NCBI GenBank assembly: GCA_037446635.1
Contig: JBBIIG010000034.1
Coordinates: forward strand, 1-44,155
Origin: a bacterium
Lineage (GTDB): Bacteria; Zhuqueibacterota; Zhuqueibacteria; Oceanimicrobiales; Oceanimicrobiaceae
Direction of reading: 5' to 3'
DNA length: 44,155 nt
The notes under the pieces are model-generated. The model saw only the letters and a list, made by a program, of their open reading frames with translations, made no database searches and had not been told where the DNA came from. Position numbers and translations under genes: made by a program. Shown here one piece after another: positions 38,379 through 44,155 of the stretch (the first letter of the stretch is position 1; each line of letters opens with the position of its first letter).

Positions 38379-38548
38379 TACTCAAGTGAAAGCAAAACCC
38401 TCACTTAAAGACGCCAAGGCGCAAAGATCGCCCTGTGCACGCAAGCCTACTTTGCGCCAGCAACGGCGTTGACAGCAAAACCACCAGGCCAACCAGCGGC
38501 GCGATTCTCCGGGAAACGACAACCGAGGTTTTCATTGGGGTTCCTCTT

Positions 38549-39373
38549 TCATTTTAAGTGCACGCCCAAATGGAGTCCGAAGACGAAGTCGATGGCTTGA
38601 CTCAAATCATCATCAAGGGGAAAACGGACGTGAACACCAGGGCGAACCGTCCCCAGGTTTAAGCTGGCCGCCGCGCCGAGCTGGTGAACCGTGCGCTCGC
38701 CCAAATCGAGATCCTCCTCGGAAACAATGAGGCGGCCGGTGAACCCGCCTATCAAGCTGATGAGCTCGCCGTTGTATCCAACCTGAGCGCTATAATCGAG
38801 AAAAAATTCGGTTTCAGCGATGGCGTCGCCGGCGTCCAGCCACAGGGTTGGGCCGCCGCGCAATCTGAATACGATATTCGATGCGCTGGTTCGATGATAA
38901 TTTACTCTTCCTAAAACAGTAAGTACATCTGGTATGTAGGCTTCGGCGCGATCGAAATCCGTGATCAAACCGACCCCCAGCGCGCCTATTTTATCCACGT
39001 CATTCGAAGCCAGGGGGGCGCGCAACCCTAACTCCGCAAAAAGTGGGGTATCTGGGTTGTGAATTTCTAATCCAACGTACGGATTCCCAAACGCGCTCTG
39101 AGAATCATCGAAGTCCTCAAAGCCGACATGCGCAAACGGCACCTCGCCCACGAAGACCAGGCGCTTCGATAACGGCAGGCGGACGGAAAAAAAAATCGCC
39201 GAGGTTGCAAACGTCGTATTATCTTCGCCGTCGAAATTCGGTTTTAAAAATTCAACGGCAATGACCTTGTTCTCCTGCCCCTGATTAAGCCAGATGCTTT
39301 GCGCCGATACCGGAACGCTCACACTAATTAAAATAACAGCGCTCAACGCGACAACAAACATGAAGCGATACAT
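38549..39373 (-). CDS. Putative outer-membrane beta-barrel protein
   Basis: Signal peptide ending VSA; amphipathic strands; terminal FVFGLHLGVHLK; RBS AAGGAGG. Confidence 0.7.
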   Translation of the reverse strand: MYRFMFVVALSAVILISVSVPVSAQSIWLNQGQENKVIAVEFLKPNFDGEDNTTFATSAIFFSVRLPLSKRLVFVGEVPFAHVGFEDFDDSQSAFGNPYVGLEIHNPDTPLFAELGLRAPLASNDVDKIGALGVGLITDFDRAEAYIPDVLTVLGRVNYHRTSASNIVFRLRGGPTLWLDAGDAIAETEFFLDYSAQVGYNGELISLIGGFTGRLIVSEEDLDLGERTVHQLGAAASLNLGTVRPGVHVRFPLDDDLSQAIDFVFGLHLGVHLK

Positions 39374-39501
39374 GGTACCCTCCTTAAAAAAAGTTTGAAA
39401 AAACGGCGGGGAAAATTATATCCCGCGACGTTTTATAATAGGACAATTTTAAAAGGCCTTATATCTCAGACGGCCCAGAAAAATAGAGCCGCATCTATAA
39501 A

Positions 39502-39517
39502 GGCAAGCTTAATGCCA
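39502..39517 (-). promoter_or_regulatory. Sigma54 -24/-12 promoter
   Basis: Minus strand TGGCATTAAGCTTGCC (GG-N10-GC), ~130 nt upstream of the 39373 start and just downstream of a bEBP gene. Confidence 0.8.
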
Positions 39518-39601
39518 CTCGGTCTAAAAACCAAACGGCTTGATATTTTTGGAAATCTGTGAAGTAAGTTCCGGTTGGGCTGGAAAGATGGTTTACAAAC
39601 T

Positions 39602-41131
39602 CTACTCCAAACTGTAGCGCTCGATTTTGTTGAGCAGTCCCCGCCGGCTGAGGCCCAAACTCTCGGCAGCCTTCGTGCGGTTGCCGCCGAATTTTTTCAG
39701 CGCCTCCACCACCAGCGCGCGTTCCAATTCCTCAACGGCTTGCAAGAGGGTTGCTTCGCCGGGTGCAAATGGTTTATTTACGATCTGGGTCACGCCGCGA
39801 ACTTCGTCCGGAAGTAGAGTTGCGTCAACCATTCTTGCCTCCGCGTCCGCCAGCGCCGCACAGCGCTCAACCACGTTCACCAATTCGCGGACGTTCCCCG
39901 GCCAGTGGTAACGCTGCAGAAGCTGAAGCGCTTCTTTGGAAAATCCTTGCAGGGATTTGTTCATCGCGCTGGCGGACTTTTTCAAAAACTGGACGCTCAG
40001 CAGCGGGATATCTTCTTTGCGTTCACGCAGCGGCGGCAGCTTCACCGTGACCACTTTCAAACGAAACAGCAGCTCTTCACGAAACGAACCCTGTTTGACC
40101 GATTGGCTCAAATCCTGGCTGGTGGCGCAGATGATGCGCACGTCGATCTTAATCGGCTGGGTGCCGCCCACTGGCCGGATCTCGCTTTCCTGGATGGCGC
40201 GCAGCAGTTTGGCCTGCAGCGCCGGACTCATGTTGTTGATTTCATCTAAAAACAGTGTGCCGCCGTCCGCCGCCTGAAACAGGCCCTTCTTGCTTTCGCT
40301 GGCGCCGGTGAACGCGCCTTTCACGTGGCCGAACAGCTCGCTTTCCAAAAGCTGTTCCGGCAGCGCCCCGCAATCGATGGCCACGAAGCGTTTGCTTTTG
40401 CGCGGGCCGTTGTAGTGAATGGCGCGCGCAACCAGCTCTTTGCCGGTGCCGCTTTCCCCTTCGATGAGCACCCGCACGTCCGTGGGAATCACCTTCTCCA
40501 GCAGCCCGAACACCTTCGTCATCGCCGCACTCTGTCCGATGATTTCCTCAAAGCGATAAGCGCCCTGCACTTCTTTTTTTAAGTGAAGATTCTCTTCCTC
40601 CAATTCGCGGAAGCGGCGGGCGTTTTCCAACACCTGGCCGGATTGCGAAGCGATGATGTTCAGCAGCCGCAGATGCTTTTCGGAAAATCCGCCGGCGCCG
40701 CTGTGCAAAACCAGCACGCCCAACACGGCGCCGCGGTTTTGAATGGGAACGGCCAGCAGGGAAGCCAGCGGGCAATTGGACAGATTCATGGTTTTGAAGC
40801 GGGCGTCCTCGCTGAGGTTGTTTATCAAAAGGGATTCGCGCTGCTTCAAAATCTCAACCGCCGCCCGGGTGGCAATTTGTTTGATCACGGTTTCGTGCTC
40901 GCTGGCGCCCTTGCGCACCAGAGTGGTGAAGCTCTGCTCGTTCTGATTTTTCATCAGCAGAATTGTTCCCTGGCGCGCGCCGGTGAGCGCCGTGGCTTCA
41001 TTCAAAATCGTGTTGATGATGGCGTCTAAATCCAGGGTGGTGGAAATGGCGAGCGCGAGCTTGTTGAGCGCTTGCAACTCGCGCAGAGATTGGCTCAGTT
41101 CCTCAATTTTGGGATCGGTTTGAACTGGCAT
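39602..41131 (-). CDS. Sigma54-dependent enhancer-binding protein (GAF-AAA+-Fis HTH)
   Basis: Start MPVQTDPK (ATG at 41131); GAF domain; GESGTGKE, GAFTGA, LFLDEI, WPGNVREL; GNRTKAAESLGLSR. Confidence 0.93.
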   Translation of the reverse strand: MPVQTDPKIEELSQSLRELQALNKLALAISTTLDLDAIINTILNEATALTGARQGTILLMKNQNEQSFTTLVRKGASEHETVIKQIATRAAVEILKQRESLLINNLSEDARFKTMNLSNCPLASLLAVPIQNRGAVLGVLVLHSGAGGFSEKHLRLLNIIASQSGQVLENARRFRELEEENLHLKKEVQGAYRFEEIIGQSAAMTKVFGLLEKVIPTDVRVLIEGESGTGKELVARAIHYNGPRKSKRFVAIDCGALPEQLLESELFGHVKGAFTGASESKKGLFQAADGGTLFLDEINNMSPALQAKLLRAIQESEIRPVGGTQPIKIDVRIICATSQDLSQSVKQGSFREELLFRLKVVTVKLPPLRERKEDIPLLSVQFLKKSASAMNKSLQGFSKEALQLLQRYHWPGNVRELVNVVERCAALADAEARMVDATLLPDEVRGVTQIVNKPFAPGEATLLQAVEELERALVVEALKKFGGNRTKAAESLGLSRRGLLNKIERYSLE

Positions 41132-41245
41132 AATGCTTGCGAACCTTGGTTTTGGGTTGCACGTGCGGACGGGCAAGTTGAATGTAACAGCTTGTGAATG
41201 GATTGTCAAGCCGAAAATAGTTGTTGCTTTTAAATTTAATTCAAG

Positions 41246-41264
41246 TAACTTTTTCAAAAAGTTA
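41246..41264. promoter_or_regulatory. Perfect palindrome in the divergent intergenic region
   Basis: TAACTTTTT-C-AAAAAGTTA just upstream of the RBS of 41280. Confidence 0.45.
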
Positions 41265-41279
41265 TCCGGAGGGATGACA

Positions 41280-42626
41280 ATGAGAGAGGAATCCCCAGTT
41301 ACTATTTCCCTTTTAGTCGCCCTTCTTGCACTGCTCCCTTCCTTTGCCTTTGCCCAGCGCCCGCCCACTCCGCCCATCGACTTCAGCTATCTTGAGTTGG
41401 ATTTTGCCCGGCCCGGAGCGCGTTCGGCGGCGATGGGCGGCGCCTTTATCGGCGCAGCGCTCGATGAAATCGCGGTGCTATTCAACCCCGCTGGCATGAC
41501 TTACGTGAGTCGGCCCACGGTTTCAGCGCATCTGCGATCTTTCAGCCGTATCAACCGCGTTGGAGGCCAAGAGGATGAAAACGACCCGTTTACGGTGGCG
41601 GTGGTCGTACCAATAAAAAAGCTGCGATTTGGATATTCCCGGCATCAGCTCCTTTTTTGGATCAGCAGCACTGGATCAGACCAACAGCTCAATATCGACC
41701 CGCCGCTAACCATACGCCAGGTGTTAGGTGGGTTGGGAAATTTTCCGGGGAAGCTTATTCATGTTAACTGGCGGACTTACCGAGACAACTTGTCCCTGGC
41801 TTATGAGTTCTCCAAAAAAATCAGTATCGGTGTCACTTGGCAGAGCTATAATTTCGATTTAGTTCTTTTGGACGAGATCTTCTTGGATCCACAGGTGATG
41901 GATGGGAGCCTCCCAAGAGGCCTCAACGCCGCCACGCGCTACGCCACCACTAAAGTCAATTACGTATCTCGCGGGATTCTAGGAGGAACCGTCGGCTTGA
42001 TGGCCAACCTGATTCCTGATCGTCTATTTGTGGGCATGGTGGCCACTACGGGCCCGTCTTTTGATGGTATCGAAAGCAGCACCTTTTTACCGGAATATCA
42101 CGTAGGTACCCAAACCTTCCCGGCCGAAGACCGCATCCAAAATCTTGTTTTCAATGTTCCGGATACTTACGGGATAGGTTTCTATTATCACTCCGGAGGA
42201 CGTTTCAATCTAACGTTTGATCTTTTCCGAATCGAATATTCCGATCAACTTTCCGGCAACGATTTGAATGTGCCCGCCGATGACGAGCTTAACGAAAGTG
42301 GGATTTACGTAGATCCAGACGGCCGGCCTGATTTAGCAGTCGAGGACGCCACTGAAATTCACATTGGCCTGGAATGGCTTTTCCGAATTCAGAAATTGGG
42401 ATTCCTGCTGCCGCTGCGAGTTGGTTTTTATACTGACCCCGGCCACCGCATCCACGCGGTTTCAAATCATTCCGATTTACAAAGGCGCTACCCCAAGGCC
42501 GACGATCGAGTGCACTTTACTTTTGGCAGTGGGTTCGTATTCAAGTACGGTAAGTTTGACGCCGCCTTTGATTTGGCGGAGAATTATAACCAACTGTTTT
42601 TATCGTGGACGTTGAGGCTGCCGTAA
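41280..42626 (+). CDS. FadL/OmpP1-like outer-membrane transporter
   Basis: GGAGGG RBS, ATG at 41280; signal ending AFA; PGARSAAMGGAFIG...FNPAGM motif; LRVGFYTDP. Confidence 0.75.
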   Translation: MREESPVTISLLVALLALLPSFAFAQRPPTPPIDFSYLELDFARPGARSAAMGGAFIGAALDEIAVLFNPAGMTYVSRPTVSAHLRSFSRINRVGGQEDENDPFTVAVVVPIKKLRFGYSRHQLLFWISSTGSDQQLNIDPPLTIRQVLGGLGNFPGKLIHVNWRTYRDNLSLAYEFSKKISIGVTWQSYNFDLVLLDEIFLDPQVMDGSLPRGLNAATRYATTKVNYVSRGILGGTVGLMANLIPDRLFVGMVATTGPSFDGIESSTFLPEYHVGTQTFPAEDRIQNLVFNVPDTYGIGFYYHSGGRFNLTFDLFRIEYSDQLSGNDLNVPADDELNESGIYVDPDGRPDLAVEDATEIHIGLEWLFRIQKLGFLLPLRVGFYTDPGHRIHAVSNHSDLQRRYPKADDRVHFTFGSGFVFKYGKFDAAFDLAENYNQLFLSWTLRLP

Positions 42627-42849
42627 ACTCACCAACTCAATTCATTTCCAGGCGATCTGCTTTCATTGACAGAAGCCATCTCCTCTAAAGGTTTTTACAA
42701 TAGTCCAGTACTTGCTTCCCGGCACAAAACTTCACAGTTGAAACGAAATTGTTCTTGATTCTGAAATGAATAGCATTAAATTAGCCATTACACTCAGGTA
42801 CTCTTCTTGCACGGTCTCGCTCAAAACTTAGACGCAGCGGGAGGAAAAA

Positions 42850-44155
42850 ATGCGAGGGAGCTTCCACGCTTTGCAATTTATTTTGGTTTTGGCGGCAGCC
42901 GTTTTGTCCAACCCCGTCGCTGCCGGTGCCCAGTGTGCGCCCACGCTTCCCCTCAATCTCAGCTATCTGCGCATCGATTTCATTCAGCCGGGCGCGCGGC
43001 AGGCGGCGCTGGGCGGCGCGTTCATCGGCGCAGCGCAGGATGTCACTGCCGCTGCCATCAACCCGGCCGGACTGGCCTATTTGCGCAATGTCGAGGCCAC
43101 TCTCCAGCAGCGGCTCGGCCATCATGAATTTGACGTCGCCAACGGTTTAGGCCGCGACGATGAAATTACCGTTGGCGACCACAATTTCGATCAAACGCTG
43201 GCGGGCGTTTTCCTGCCGGGCGTTTTTTTGCCGTCGCGGAGACTCTCGTTTGCGCTTTTTCGGCAAGCCGCGATCGATACTTACTACAATTTCGAGACCC
43301 GGCAATTTCTTGACTCCACATTCACTGGCACCCCCGAATTGACCTTGGGGGGCCGGGGCCACTACCCCGGCAGACAGGTCAACTTCGATTTTGAGCTGGT
43401 GCACGACGCTTTTTCGGTGGCGTTCAAAGCTACTCAAACGTTAAGTGTGGGTGTGACCGTCAAAAATTCCACGTTGAATTTTAATTTACAAGAACGACTG
43501 TTTTTGGATCCACAAGTGCTCGATGGCCAGAGGCCGCGCATCAATTCCGATACTACCCTCTATTCCATCAACACCATTCACACCCGCAAGAATAAATTCA
43601 GCTATAGCTTCGGGTTGATGAGCAACCTCCTGAGCGACCGTTTGTTCTTCGGGGCGGTCTTCAACTTCAACCCCACTTACCAGCTTGAAAGCAATGTTTA
43701 TTGCCTGGCGAGCGGCCTTGGTGTAAACGATTTGCCAGCTACCACCGAGACCCTTCCTTTCAAGCTTTCAATCCCGGATAGCTACGGCTTCGGTTTCTAT
43801 TTTTTACTGAACAGCCGGGTGCGTTTCAGTTTAGACGTGCAACGGATTGAATATTCCGATTTGCTCTCCGGCCATAATGTGGACGTCCTGCCTGATTCCG
43901 GCGGCGCCTCCCGCGACATCACCGTTAGCGACGGCACCCACTTCCACACCGGGGTGGAGTGGCTGTTCATCCTTCCCCAGTTGCGACTCAGCGTGCCGAT
44001 GCGGTTCGGCGCGCATCTCAACCCCGGCCACCAAGTCCACCGAGTCAACGCTGAGGACGAATATTTGAATCGGCTCTATCCAGACGTTGGCGCCCGATTG
44101 CACTTCACCTTTGGCACCGGCTTCACTCTAAAAAATCTTATGTTCGACAGCGCGA
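42850..44155 (+). CDS. Second FadL/OmpP1-like transporter, 3'-partial (not in ORF track)
   Basis: GGAGG RBS, ATG at 42850; MRGSFHALQFILVLAAAVL...PGARQAALGGAFIGAAQD...INPAGL; paralog of 41280; runs off the window end. Confidence 0.75.
   Translation, partial: MRGSFHALQFILVLAAAVLSNPVAAGAQCAPTLPLNLSYLRIDFIQPGARQAALGGAFIGAAQDVTAAAINPAGLAYLRNVEATLQQRLGHHEFDVANGLGRDDEITVGDHNFDQTLAGVFLPGVFLPSRRLSFALFRQAAIDTYYNFETRQFLDSTFTGTPELTLGGRGHYPGRQVNFDFELVHDAFSVAFKATQTLSVGVTVKNSTLNFNLQERLFLDPQVLDGQRPRINSDTTLYSINTIHTRKNKFSYSFGLMSNLLSDRLFFGAVFNFNPTYQLESNVYCLASGLGVNDLPATTETLPFKLSIPDSYGFGFYFLLNSRVRFSLDVQRIEYSDLLSGHNVDVLPDSGGASRDITVSDGTHFHTGVEWLFILPQLRLSVPMRFGAHLNPGHQVHRVNAEDEYLNRLYPDVGARLHFTFGTGFTLKNLMFDSA

Noticed and set aside
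41132..41377. Overlapping divergent ORF extensions of the bEBP and the FadL-like gene
   Set aside because: Artefact of longest-ORF calling; RBS and signal-peptide positions support starts at 41131 (-) and 41280 (+).

Overview
Bacterial chromosomal window; gene content resembles FCB-group or candidate-phylum genomes such as KSB1 (taxonomy is inference only). Three zones. (1) 1-11.3 kb: housekeeping envelope genes tamB-bamA-skp-fabZ-lipoate ligase-OMP-dxr-rseP, followed by a decayed type II restriction-modification pair. (2) 12.5-35.1 kb: an accessory region and the main point of interest. A GC-rich minus-strand export backbone (one MFP adaptor, two RND permeases) is interleaved with five more AT-rich plus-strand cassettes. 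These encode small Sec-secreted Cys-rich peptides (2, 8 and 12 Cys, plus a broken one), CxxC thioredoxin-fold proteins, 6-bladed beta-propeller (lipo)proteins, a MauE/DoxX protein and an AraC regulator. Each cassette is bounded on both sides by whole exporter genes or truncated copies of them: two 5' permease fragments, a 37-nt 3' permease scar and a 3'-truncated MFP. Four cassettes start with a related TTGACA/poly-T promoter. This looks like a polymorphic array of disulfide-peptide cassettes shuffled by recombination through conserved exporter sequence; function is inferred, not shown. (3) 35.2-44.2 kb: an orphan xanthine-dehydrogenase/CoxL-family Mo subunit, a SAM methyltransferase, a sigma54-promoted outer-membrane protein with its GAF-bEBP regulator, and two tandem FadL/OmpP1-like barrels. 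No rRNA, tRNA, CRISPR array, integrase, transposase or reverse transcriptase was seen.
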